Part shown: positions 1 to 8,699 of the stretch, in pieces | How positions within the stretch are numbered: position 1 is the first letter of the stretch | How the letters are laid out: each line of letters starts with the position of its first letter | DNA from: Christensenellales bacterium | GTDB lineage: Bacteria > Bacillota > Clostridia > Christensenellales > CAG-138 | Assembly: GCA_045114775.1 (NCBI GenBank) | Contig: JBGULC010000023.1 | Location: 17,364-81,363, forward strand | DNA: 64,000 bases | Direction of reading: 5' to 3' | Program-made: the position numbers and the translations under genes | Notes under the pieces: generated by a model | What the model saw: only the letters and a program-made list of their open reading frames with translations | The model's database searches: none | Told to the model about the DNA's origin: nothing

Positions 1-753
1 TTTGCCGCAAAGTACGGCGGCGTGTGCCCGGAGATTTCGGAAAGCGCGCTCGCGCTGACCGATATGATCAACCCGGAGCTTTGTGATCTTTTGCGCGCAA
101 AGGGACGCGCGTTTGTGCCCGTTTCGATCGCAGCAGATCGCGGCGCGACGGTCATCACCGGCGCGAACATGGGCGGCAAGAGCGTGGCGATGAAAACGCT
201 TGCGCTGAACGTGCTGCTCATGCACGCGGGATTTTTGGTCTGTGCAAGCGCGGCGAAGATCCCGATGTTCGAAAGCGTGCAGATGCTCTTTGACGATACG
301 CAGTCGATGCAGTCCGGATTGTCCGGTTTCGGCTCGGAGATCGTGCGGTTCAACGAAGCGCTTGAGGAGATCGAACGGGGCTATTCGCTGCTGCTCATCG
401 ACGAGCTCGGCCGCGGCACGAACCCCGACGAGGGCGCGGTCATCGTGCAGGCGGTGACGCAGTATCTGAACGGCATCGACGCGATCTCGATCCTTGCGAC
501 GCACTACGACGGCGTGGCGGAGCACGCGAGCGCGCATTATCAGATCATCGGGCTTAAAGACGTCGATCCGGAGGCGATCAAAGCTGAGCTTTCTGCTGCG
601 CACGGAGACGGCGTATCGGTCATCGCGCGGCATATGAACTACGGGCTTTACCGCGTCGAAGGCAAAGCGGACTGTCCGAAGGACGCGCTGAACATCTGCC
701 GCATGCTGTCGCTCCGGTCTGAGATCCTCGAACGCATCGAACGCGCTTATTGA
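1..753 (+). CDS. MutS-family ATPase, C-terminal part (5' end cut by window edge); no Smr domain
   Basis: Frame is open from nt 1. Walker A GANMGGKS, Walker B LLLIDELGRGT and ATHY motifs match MutS domain V. The protein ends about 60 aa after the ATPase core. Confidence 0.75.
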   Translation, partial: FAAKYGGVCPEISESALALTDMINPELCDLLRAKGRAFVPVSIAADRGATVITGANMGGKSVAMKTLALNVLLMHAGFLVCASAAKIPMFESVQMLFDDTQSMQSGLSGFGSEIVRFNEALEEIERGYSLLLIDELGRGTNPDEGAVIVQAVTQYLNGIDAISILATHYDGVAEHASAHYQIIGLKDVDPEAIKAELSAAHGDGVSVIARHMNYGLYRVEGKADCPKDALNICRMLSLRSEILERIERAY

Positions 754-767
754 TATAAGGAAACTCC

Positions 768-797
768 TTGACAACGACCCCGAAAATCGGGTATAAT
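768..797 (+). promoter_or_regulatory. sigma-A type promoter of the lysine operon (TTGACA-18-TATAAT)
   Basis: TTGACA at 768-773 and TATAAT at 792-797, directly upstream of the riboswitch. Confidence 0.6.
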
Positions 798-822
798 TTC
801 CCTACAGAATTCCTTTGGGGTC

Positions 823-982
823 TTCCATAGAGGCGCGGACAGCAGGGTACCCGTCCGACCGGCAGGGCAGCCGGAATGTCGTACGGAGAAGGGGCCGTCC
901 GCCGAAGAGATCGGTCCTGCCCGGTCCGGTTTCTGGCATCGTCGTGTAAGCGGCGCTGCTGTCATGTTCATCGAGCATGGAG
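823..982 (+). promoter_or_regulatory. Lysine riboswitch (L-box / LYS element) aptamer
   Basis: Conserved L-box blocks occur in the right order: AGAGGCGC (829-836), GGAGAAGGGGCCGTCCGCCGAAG (885-907), CTGGCA..GTGTAAG..GCTGTCA (933-964). This closely parallels the B. subtilis lysC leader as I remember it. Confidence 0.8.
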
Positions 983-1021
983 CGCTATCGGTCGATCGGT
1001 CGACCGACAGCGTCTTTTTTT
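983..1021 (+). terminator. Intrinsic terminator forming the riboswitch expression platform
   Basis: 13-bp stem with one mismatch (983-995 / 1000-1012), loop TCGG, then TC plus T7 (1015-1021). Confidence 0.75.
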
Positions 1022-1097
1022 ACCCGAAACGGATCGGACGACCCCGGAAGCGCTGTGATCCCCATACATAGCAAATCAAAGTGAAGGAGAATCACCC

Positions 1098-1499
1098 ATG
1101 GAAAAAATCTCATCTATGCTCCGTCTCCGCATGAGCGCAAAGGACGCGCACTACGGCGGAAACCTGGTTGACGGCGCGCACATGGTCCATCTGTTCGGCG
1201 ACGTTGCGACCGAGCTTCTCATCAAGTGCGACGGCGACGAAGGCCTGTTCTGCGCCTACGACAACATCGAATTTCTTGCCCCGGTCTACGCGGGCGATTA
1301 CATCGAAGCCTACGGCGAGATCGACCGCATCGGCAACACCTCCCGCGGCATGACGTTCGAAGCGCGTAAGGTCATTGCGGCGCGTCCGGACATCTCCCCG
1401 TCCGCGGCCGACGTGCTCCCCGAGCCGATCGTGGTCTGCCGCGCGCACGGCACCTGCGTCACGCCGAAGAACTGCCAGCGCATTGATCACAGCAAGTAA
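1098..1499 (+). CDS. kal: 3-aminobutyryl-CoA ammonia-lyase (hot-dog fold)
   Basis: 133 aa, the size and sequence style of Kal. SD AAGGAGA upstream. Sits in the lysine fermentation operon. Confidence 0.8.
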   Translation: MEKISSMLRLRMSAKDAHYGGNLVDGAHMVHLFGDVATELLIKCDGDEGLFCAYDNIEFLAPVYAGDYIEAYGEIDRIGNTSRGMTFEARKVIAARPDISPSAADVLPEPIVVCRAHGTCVTPKNCQRIDHSK

Positions 1500-1511
1500 C
1501 GGAGGGAACCC

Positions 1512-2339
1512 ATGGAAAAGCTCATCATCACCGCCGCCATCTGCGGCGCCGAGGTCACCAAGGCGAACAACCCCGCCGTCCCCTACACCGTCGAGGAAAT
1601 GGTCCGCGAAGCGAAGCTCGCGTACGAAGCGGGCGCGGCGATCATCCATGTGCACGTCCGCTGGGACGACGGCACGCCGACGCAGGACCGCGAACGCTTC
1701 CGCGTGGTCATGGACGCGATTCGCAAGGAGCTTCCCGACGTCATCATGATCCCGTCGACCGGCGGCGCAACCGGCATGACGCCCGAAGAGCGTCTGCAGC
1801 CGACCGAGCTCATGCCCGAGATGGCGACGCTCGACTGCGGCACCTGCAATTTCGGCGATGAGGTGTTTGAAAACACGATGCCCACGATGCGCGCATTCGG
1901 CAAGCGCATGATCGAGAACGGCATCAAGCCCGAATACGAATGCTTCGAGCTCGGACACCTCGACACCGTGCTGAACATGGCGAGAAAGGGCGAGGTCCCC
2001 GGCGCGCCGATGCAGTTCAACTTTGTGCTCGGCGTTCCCGGCTGCGCGCCCGCGACCGTCGACAACCTCGCGTTCATGGTCAGTAAGATCCCCGCGGGCT
2101 CGACCTGGACGGTCACCGGCGTCGGCAGATCCGCCTGGACGATGGCGGCCGCCGGCATCATCATGGGCGGCAACGTCCGCGTCGGCTTCGAGGACAACGT
2201 CTACCTCGGCAAGGGCCATAAAGCAGCCTCTAACGGCGAGCTTGTCGAAAAGGTCGTTCGCCTTGCGAAGGAACTCGGCCGCGAGATCGCAACGCCCGAC
2301 GAGGCGCGCGCGATCCTCGGCATGAAGCCGCTTCAATAA
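1512..2339 (+). CDS. kce: 3-keto-5-aminohexanoate cleavage enzyme (BKACE/DUF849)
   Basis: N-terminus MEKLIITAAICGAE..IIHVHVR is typical of DUF849. Operon context supports the call. Confidence 0.85.
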   Translation: MEKLIITAAICGAEVTKANNPAVPYTVEEMVREAKLAYEAGAAIIHVHVRWDDGTPTQDRERFRVVMDAIRKELPDVIMIPSTGGATGMTPEERLQPTELMPEMATLDCGTCNFGDEVFENTMPTMRAFGKRMIENGIKPEYECFELGHLDTVLNMARKGEVPGAPMQFNFVLGVPGCAPATVDNLAFMVSKIPAGSTWTVTGVGRSAWTMAAAGIIMGGNVRVGFEDNVYLGKGHKAASNGELVEKVVRLAKELGREIATPDEARAILGMKPLQ

Positions 2340-2389
2340 CCGGAATCCATACCAATCTTTTATAAAAATCAATTTCAGGAGGAATTACA

Positions 2390-3442
2390 ATGGAACAGAT
2401 CAAGGGCAATAAGTACGGCACCCACCGCGTCATCGAGCCGAAAGGCGTTCTGACCCAGGCGGCATGGAAGATCGACAACGACATGACCAAGCGTTATTCC
2501 AACGAGATCATCTGCGACGTCATCTCCCTGAACATCGACTCCGCATCCTTCACGCAGATTGAGGAAGCCTGCGGCGGCGACGAGCAGAAGATCGGCGAAA
2601 TGATCCTCGGCATCGTGGCGGAGCGCGGCAAGCAGCAGAACCCGGTCACCGGATCCGGCGGCATGTTCATCGGCAAGGTCGCCTACATCGGCGAGGACCT
2701 TCTCAAAAAGCCGGACTTCGACCTCAAGGTCGGCGACAAGATCGCATCCCTCGTCTCCCTCTCCATGACGCCCTTAAAGATCGACCGCATCAAGGCGATC
2801 CACAAGGACATCGACCGCGTGGACATCGACGGTCAGGCGGTGCTGTTTGAGTCCGCGATCTACGCGAAGCTGCCCGACGATATGTCCGAGGCGCTGGCGC
2901 TCGCGGCGCTCGACGTGGCAGGCGCGCCCGCGCAGGCAAGAAAGCTCCCGAAGGAAGGCGATTCCGTGCTGATCCTCGGCGCAAACGGCAAGAGCGGTGT
3001 GCTCTGCGGCTGGGAAGCGCTGAAAAAGGTCGGCCCGAACGGCAAGGTCGTCGGCGTTGTAAGAAACCCGAAGCAGGTCCCGGCTCTCATTGAGCTCGGC
3101 GTTTACACCGACGTCATCGTTGCGGACTGCACGAAGCCGGTCGAGGTGCTTGAAAAGGCGCTCGAAGTCAACGGCGGCAAGGAATACGACATCTCCATCT
3201 GCTGCGTCAACATCGAATCCTGCGAGATGAGCGCGATCCTCCCTGTCCGCGACGACGGTCTCGTTTACTTCTTCTCGATGGCGACCTCCTTTACAAAGGC
3301 GGCTTTGGGCGCGGAGGGCGTCGGCAAGGACGTCACCATGATCGTCGGTAACGGCTACACCAAGAACCACGCCGAGATCACGCTGAACGTGCTCCGCGAG
3401 AACGCGAAGCTCAGAAAGCTGTTCGACGAAAAATACTGCTGA
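2390..3442 (+). CDS. kdd: L-erythro-3,5-diaminohexanoate dehydrogenase
   Basis: 350 aa with a Rossmann-type ILGANGKSG motif. Lies between kce and kamA. Confidence 0.8.
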   Translation: MEQIKGNKYGTHRVIEPKGVLTQAAWKIDNDMTKRYSNEIICDVISLNIDSASFTQIEEACGGDEQKIGEMILGIVAERGKQQNPVTGSGGMFIGKVAYIGEDLLKKPDFDLKVGDKIASLVSLSMTPLKIDRIKAIHKDIDRVDIDGQAVLFESAIYAKLPDDMSEALALAALDVAGAPAQARKLPKEGDSVLILGANGKSGVLCGWEALKKVGPNGKVVGVVRNPKQVPALIELGVYTDVIVADCTKPVEVLEKALEVNGGKEYDISICCVNIESCEMSAILPVRDDGLVYFFSMATSFTKAALGAEGVGKDVTMIVGNGYTKNHAEITLNVLRENAKLRKLFDEKYC

Positions 3443-3511
3443 TTGATGCGCGGGAGCAAGGCAACAACGCCCTGCTCTCGCAGTCTTTATTCCGACGACA
3501 GGAGGATTTTT

Positions 3512-4762
3512 ATGAAAACCCGAAACGGTTTATTCGCCGACGTTCCCGAAGAGCAGTGGAACGACTGGCACTGGCAGGTACGAAACCGCGCCGAAACGCT
3601 TGACGATCTCAAGAAGGTCATGACGCTCACCCCCGAGGAGGAGGAAGGCGTCAAAAAGACGCTCGGCAAGCTCCGCATGGCGATCACGCCGTACTATCTC
3701 TCGCTGATCGACCTCGACGATCCCTACGATCCGATCCGCAAGATGGCGATCCCGCGCGCCGAGGAGCTCGACTACGCCGACTATGAGGACGCCGATCCGC
3801 TGCACGAGGATACCGATTCCCCGGTCCCCGGTCTTACCCACCGCTATCCGGACCGCGTGCTGTTCCTCATCACGGATATGTGCTCCATGTACTGCCGTCA
3901 CTGCACGCGCCGCCGCTTCGCCGGACAGAACGACTGCGGCGTTCCCGCGGCGCAGATCGATAAGGGCATTGAATATGTCGCAAACCATCCCGAGGTCCGC
4001 GACGTGCTTCTTTCCGGCGGCGACGCGCTGATGGTCGGCGACAAGGTGCTCGAAAGCATCATTTCTCGGCTTCGCGCGATCCCGCACGTCGAGATCATCC
4101 GTCTCGGCTCGCGTACGCCGGTCGTGTGCCCGCAGCGCATCACGCCGGAGCTTTGCAATATGCTCAAGAAGTACCATCCCATCTGGGTCAACACGCACTT
4201 CAACACGCCGAAGGAATTCACGCCCGAAGCCGCGAAGGCGTGCGCCATGCTCGCGGACGCGGGCATCCCGCTGGGCAACCAGAGCGTGCTTTTAGCCAGC
4301 ATCAACGACTGCAGCCACGTCATGATGGAGCTTGTGCACGGGCTCGTCAAGATGCGCGTGCGCCCGTACTACATCTACGCCTGCGACCCGTCCCTCGGTC
4401 TTTCGCACTTCCGCACGCCGGTCAGTAAAGGCATCGAGATCATGGAAGCGCTCCGCGGCCATACCTCCGGCTACTGCGTACCGACGTTCGTGGTCGACGC
4501 GCCGGGCGGCGGCGGCAAGACGCCCGTCATGCCGAACTACCTGATCTCGCAGACGCCGAGAAAGGTCATCCTCAGAAACTTCGAGGGCGTCATCACGTCC
4601 TACACCGAGCCGGAGCATTATGTGCAGAACTGCCACTGCGACGTCTGCACGGGCAAGCGCAAGGTCGAAAAGACCGGCGTCGCGTACGTTGCCGAGGGCA
4701 CCAAGCAGCACTATCTCGAGCCGACGAAGCTTCTCCGCAACGAGCGGCACGTCAAGCACTGA
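3512..4762 (+). CDS. kamA: Lysine 2,3-aminomutase (radical SAM, PLP)
   Basis: CSMYCRHCTRRR is a CxxxCxxC radical-SAM cluster. SD GGAGGA lies 5-6 nt before ATG 3512. The 23 upstream codons in the ORF track have no support. Confidence 0.9.
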   Translation: MKTRNGLFADVPEEQWNDWHWQVRNRAETLDDLKKVMTLTPEEEEGVKKTLGKLRMAITPYYLSLIDLDDPYDPIRKMAIPRAEELDYADYEDADPLHEDTDSPVPGLTHRYPDRVLFLITDMCSMYCRHCTRRRFAGQNDCGVPAAQIDKGIEYVANHPEVRDVLLSGGDALMVGDKVLESIISRLRAIPHVEIIRLGSRTPVVCPQRITPELCNMLKKYHPIWVNTHFNTPKEFTPEAAKACAMLADAGIPLGNQSVLLASINDCSHVMMELVHGLVKMRVRPYYIYACDPSLGLSHFRTPVSKGIEIMEALRGHTSGYCVPTFVVDAPGGGGKTPVMPNYLISQTPRKVILRNFEGVITSYTEPEHYVQNCHCDVCTGKRKVEKTGVAYVAEGTKQHYLEPTKLLRNERHVKH

Positions 4763-4771
4763 GGGCGCCTT

Positions 4772-6334
4772 ATGGAAAGCAAACTCGGCTTGAATTTTGA
4801 TCTGGTCAATGAGGCGCGGGCAAGCGCGGCGCACGTCGCGGCGGACACGCAGCGCTTCATTGACGTACACACGACCGTCACCGTCGAGCGTACCGTCTGC
4901 CGTCTTTTGGGCATCGACGGCGTGAACGACATGGACGTTCCCATGCCGAACGTGGTCGTGGACTATCTCACCGAAAACGCGCTGCTGCCGATGGGCGCGG
5001 CGTGGATGCTCGGCACGGCGATTCTGGAGACCGGCCTCACGCCGCAGGGCGTCGCGGAGGCGATCGACAAAGGCGAACTCGACCTTACGAAGCTTCCCGC
5101 GCACGGCGAAGCGGAGATCCGCAAAGCGCTTCAGCCCTATGTCGACGCCACGATGGCGCGGATCAACCAAAACGTCGCGAAGCGCAACGAATACCTCGGC
5201 CGTTTCGGCGACAAACAAGGTCCGTACCTCTATATCATCGTCGCGACCGGCAACATCTACGAGGACATCATCCAGGCGAAGGCCGGCGCAAAGCAGGGCG
5301 CGGACATCATCGCGGTCATCCGCACGACGGGTCAGTCGCTATTGGACTACGTGCCCTACGGCGCGACGACCGAGGGCTTCGGCGGCACCTACGCCACGCA
5401 GGAGAACTTCCGCCTGATGCGCGCGGCGCTCGACGAGGTCGGCGAGGAGCAGCACCGGTACATCCGGCTGTGCAACTACTGCTCCGGGCTGTGCATGCCC
5501 GAGATCGCGGCGATGGGCGCCTTGGAACGGCTCGACGTCATGCTGAACGACGCGCTGTACGGCATCCTGTTCCGCGACATCAATATGCAGCGCACGATCG
5601 TCGACCAGTATTTTTCCCGCATCATCAACGGTTACGCGGGCGTCATCATCAACACCGGCGAGGACAATTACCTCACGACCGACGACGCGATCACGTCCGC
5701 GCACACGGTCCTTGCGTCGCAGTTCCTCAACGAAGCGTTCGCAAAGTGCGCCGGCATGCGCGAGGAGCAGATGGGTCTCGGCCACGCGTTCGAGATGGAC
5801 CCGGCGGTCGAAAACACGTTCCTGTATGAACTGGCGCAGGCGGAAATGGCGCGCGAGATCTTCCCGAACGCGCCGTTAAAGTACATGCCGCCGACCAAAT
5901 ACATGACCGGCAACATCTTCCGCGGACACATCCAGGACGCGCTCTTTAACATGGTCACGATCCTGACGAACCAGAAGCTGCACCTTTTGGGCATGATGAC
6001 CGAGGCGATCCACACGCCGTTCATGTCGGACCGCGCGCTGTCGATCGAAAACGCGCAGTACATCTTCCGCACGATGAAGGATCTGGGCTCCGAGCTCACC
6101 TTCAAGGAAGGCGGCATCATCCGCTCCCGCGCAAACGAGGTGCTCGTAAAGGCGACCGAGCTTTTGAAAGAAATCGAAACGCTCGGGCTGTTCACCACGC
6201 TTGAACGCGGCATCTTCGCGGACGTCAAGCGTCCGAAGGACGGCGGCAAGGGACTTCAAGGCGTCGTTTTGAAGGACGAACACTACTTCAACCCGTTTAT
6301 CGAGGTCATGAAAGGCAAGGTGGCAAACGAATGA
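4772..6334 (+). CDS. kamD: Beta-lysine 5,6-aminomutase alpha subunit
   Basis: 520 aa, directly precedes the B12-binding subunit. Operon context supports the call. Confidence 0.85.
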   Translation: MESKLGLNFDLVNEARASAAHVAADTQRFIDVHTTVTVERTVCRLLGIDGVNDMDVPMPNVVVDYLTENALLPMGAAWMLGTAILETGLTPQGVAEAIDKGELDLTKLPAHGEAEIRKALQPYVDATMARINQNVAKRNEYLGRFGDKQGPYLYIIVATGNIYEDIIQAKAGAKQGADIIAVIRTTGQSLLDYVPYGATTEGFGGTYATQENFRLMRAALDEVGEEQHRYIRLCNYCSGLCMPEIAAMGALERLDVMLNDALYGILFRDINMQRTIVDQYFSRIINGYAGVIINTGEDNYLTTDDAITSAHTVLASQFLNEAFAKCAGMREEQMGLGHAFEMDPAVENTFLYELAQAEMAREIFPNAPLKYMPPTKYMTGNIFRGHIQDALFNMVTILTNQKLHLLGMMTEAIHTPFMSDRALSIENAQYIFRTMKDLGSELTFKEGGIIRSRANEVLVKATELLKEIETLGLFTTLERGIFADVKRPKDGGKGLQGVVLKDEHYFNPFIEVMKGKVANE

Positions 6335-7119
6335 GCAGCGGACTTTACAACACGCATAAAATCGAATTCGATACCACGCTCGACCTTACGCGGCTGAAGC
6401 CGTACGGCGACACGATGAACGACGGCAAGGTGCAGCTGAGCTTCACCCTGCCGGTCAAGGACGACGAGCGCGGCGTGGAAGCGGCGCGGCAGATCGCAAA
6501 GAAGATGGGTCTCGACGAGCCGAACGTGACGTATCACGCGCCGCTCGACAAGGAGTTCACGTTCTACGTGGTCTACGGCAGCTGCGTGCACACCGTCAAC
6601 TACGAGGACATCCACGTCATCACCGTCGAATCTGAGGTGATGAGCATGGAGGAAACGAACGACTACATCCGCGAGCACATCGGCAGAAAGGTCGTGATGG
6701 TAGGCGCCTCTACCGGCACTGACGCGCACACGGTCGGCATCGACGCGATCATGAACCGCAAGGGCTTCGCGGGACATTACGGTGTGGAGCGCTACGAGAT
6801 GATCGAGGCCTATAACCTCGGCTCGCAGGTCGCAAACGAGGACTTCATCAAGAAAGCGCTTGAGGTCCACGCGGACGCGCTTCTGGTCTCGCAGACGGTC
6901 ACGCAGAAGGACATCCACATCCAGAACCTCACGAACCTCATCGAGCTTCTGGAAGCCGAGGGATTGCGCGATCGCTTCGTGGTGGTCTGCGGCGGTCCGC
7001 GCATCACGCATGAGCTTGCGAAGGAGCTGGGCTTCGACGCGGGCTTCGGCGCGGGCACGTACGGCGACGACGTGGCAAGCTTCGTCGTCACGGAAATGGT
7101 CAAACGCGGCATGAAATAA
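6331..7119 (+). CDS. kamE: Beta-lysine 5,6-aminomutase beta subunit (cobalamin-binding)
   Basis: DAHTVGID is the DxHxxG B12-binding motif. ATGA start/stop overlap with kamD. Confidence 0.85.
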   Translation: MSSGLYNTHKIEFDTTLDLTRLKPYGDTMNDGKVQLSFTLPVKDDERGVEAARQIAKKMGLDEPNVTYHAPLDKEFTFYVVYGSCVHTVNYEDIHVITVESEVMSMEETNDYIREHIGRKVVMVGASTGTDAHTVGIDAIMNRKGFAGHYGVERYEMIEAYNLGSQVANEDFIKKALEVHADALLVSQTVTQKDIHIQNLTNLIELLEAEGLRDRFVVVCGGPRITHELAKELGFDAGFGAGTYGDDVASFVVTEMVKRGMK

Positions 7120-7159
7120 GCCGCCAAGATAGATACGAAATCAACAAGGAGGAACAATC

Positions 7160-7852
7160 ATGGCAAAGAAACCGGTCATCACTGCCGCTGAGGCAGCGAA
7201 AATGATTCCCGACGGCGCTACGATCATGTGCGGCGGCTTTCTCGCCTGCGGACAGGCGCGCGCCATCGTCAAGGAGCTTGTAAAGCTCGGCACGAAGGAC
7301 CTCACGCTGATCGCAAACGATATGGGTCGTGCGGTCGGTCCGATGGGTGAAGAGTTCTTCGGCATTGCGGAGCTCATCCACAACCATCAGGTCAAGCGCG
7401 TGATCGCAACGCACGTCGGCATGACGCCCGAGGTCGGCGAACAGATGAACGCCGGCACGCTGGAAGTCAACCTGATCCCGCAGGGCTCCATGGCGGAGTG
7501 CATCCGCGCGGGCGGCGCGGGACTGGGCGGCGTTCTCACCCCCGTCGGCGTCGACACGCTGATCGAGGAAAGCCCGCTCTGCCTCGGCAAACAGGAGATC
7601 GACGGCAAGCCGTATCTTCTGATGAAGCCGATCCATGCGGACTTTGCGCTCCTCGGCACCTATAAGTGCGACGAAGCGGGCAACTGCTGGTACAAGGGCA
7701 CGATGCGTAACTTCAACACCGTCATGGCGACCGCGGCGGACGTCGTCATCGCCGAGACCGAATACCTCGTTCCCGTCGGCGAGATCGAGCCCGAGAACAT
7801 CCACACCTACGGCATGTGCGTGGACTATATCGTGGAAGGAGAGAGAAAGTAA
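7160..7852 (+). CDS. atoD: Acetoacetate:butyrate/acetate CoA-transferase subunit A
   Basis: 3-oxoacid CoA-transferase A-type sequence (CGGF..CG, ECIRAGGAGLGG). SD AAGGAGG upstream. Confidence 0.8.
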   Translation: MAKKPVITAAEAAKMIPDGATIMCGGFLACGQARAIVKELVKLGTKDLTLIANDMGRAVGPMGEEFFGIAELIHNHQVKRVIATHVGMTPEVGEQMNAGTLEVNLIPQGSMAECIRAGGAGLGGVLTPVGVDTLIEESPLCLGKQEIDGKPYLLMKPIHADFALLGTYKCDEAGNCWYKGTMRNFNTVMATAADVVIAETEYLVPVGEIEPENIHTYGMCVDYIVEGERK

Positions 7853-8520
7853 TGGATAAGAACGAAATCAAAGCGTTCATCGCAAAGCGCTGCGCGAAAG
7901 AACTGAAGGACGGCGACGTCGTCAACCTCGGCATCGGCCTCCCCACCATGATCCCCGGCTTCCTTCCCGAGGGTGTTGACCTCGTCATCCATGCCGAGCT
8001 CGGCATCGTCGGCGCGGGCGCAACTCCGAAGCCCGAAGACCCGAACTACGATCCGTACCATGTCGTCGACGCAGGCGGCAACGTCGCTTCCGTGGCGTTC
8101 GGCGGCGGCTTCATCGACTCCGCAACGAACTTCGGTCTGATTCGCGGGGGCCACGTGGACGCGTGCTTCCTCGGCGCGCTCGAAGTCGACCAGGAAGGCA
8201 ACCTCGCAAACTGGATCATCCCCGGAAAAAGAATGCCCGGCATGGGCGGCGCAATGGACCTCTGCGTCGGCGCACGCAACTGCATCGTCTGCATGGAGCA
8301 CACCGCGAAGGGCAACCCGAAGATCCTCGAAAAGTGCCGTCTCCCCTTGACCGCTTCGCATTGCGTCAAGAAGATCATCACCGAAATGTGCGTCCTCGAA
8401 GTCACCGAAAACGGACTTCTGATGACCGAGATCAACCCGGAATTCACCGTCGACCAGGTCAAGGCAGCCACCGCCGCCCCGATCACCGTCGCGGAGAACC
8501 TCAAAAGCATGATCGACTGA
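7852..8520 (+). CDS. atoA: Acetoacetate:butyrate/acetate CoA-transferase subunit B
   Basis: ATG 7852 overlaps the atoD stop codon by 1 nt (TAATG). Subunit-B-like sequence. The track ORF start at 7816 lies inside atoD. Confidence 0.8.
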   Translation: MDKNEIKAFIAKRCAKELKDGDVVNLGIGLPTMIPGFLPEGVDLVIHAELGIVGAGATPKPEDPNYDPYHVVDAGGNVASVAFGGGFIDSATNFGLIRGGHVDACFLGALEVDQEGNLANWIIPGKRMPGMGGAMDLCVGARNCIVCMEHTAKGNPKILEKCRLPLTASHCVKKIITEMCVLEVTENGLLMTEINPEFTVDQVKAATAAPITVAENLKSMID

Positions 8521-8533
8521 TCAACCGCATTAC

Positions 8534-8562
8534 AAAAGCCCGACCGAAAGGCCGGGCTTTTT
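8534..8562 (+). terminator. Intrinsic terminator ending the lysine operon
   Basis: GCCCGACC-GAAA-GGCCGGGC stem followed by T5. Confidence 0.7.
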
Positions 8563-8573
8563 CATGTAGTAGC

Positions 8574-8690
8574 AAGGGCTTCCCCCTTGGGTGGGGAAGC
8601 TGTCACCGAAGGTGACTGATGAGGGGGATTACAAGGGAACCTTATCCACCGCAAGCGGTCCCCCTTCCCCATGCTGATGCAGGGAAGGCA
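8574..8690. repeat. GC-rich multi-hairpin interspersed repeat, copy A
   Basis: Three hairpins: GCTTCCCC/GGGGAAGC, GTCACC/GGTGAC, CCTTCCC/GGGAAGG. Positions 8592-8624 are a perfect reverse-complement match to 48213-48245. Confidence 0.6.
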
Positions 8691-8699
8691 AAACACCTC

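Noticed and set aside
1110-2372. 420-aa ORF antisense to kal/kce. Similar very long antisense ORFs occur at 9660-11048, 25061-26650, 30512-32104, 36471-38081, 39555-41687, 44624-46774 and 48518-50224.
   Set aside because: All lie exactly opposite well-supported genes. They are Arg/Asp/His/Gly-rich with no recognisable motifs and lack SD sequences. These are typical shadow ORFs of high-GC coding DNA.
3443-3511. N-terminal extensions proposed by the ORF track for kamA. The same issue applies to citE 17737-17922, tdk 58175-58390, DUF1622 57567-57806, rnhB 56256-56339, cofE-like 31739-31828 and atoA 7816-7851.
   Set aside because: Conserved protein N-termini and strong SD sequences sit at the internal start codons. 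The extensions fall in upstream genes or AT-rich promoter DNA and have odd composition.
8163-8615. 150-aa ORF spanning the atoA 3' end, the operon terminator and repeat copy A.
   Set aside because: It is out of frame with atoA and Arg/Pro-rich. Its C-terminus is simply a read-through of the hairpin repeat.
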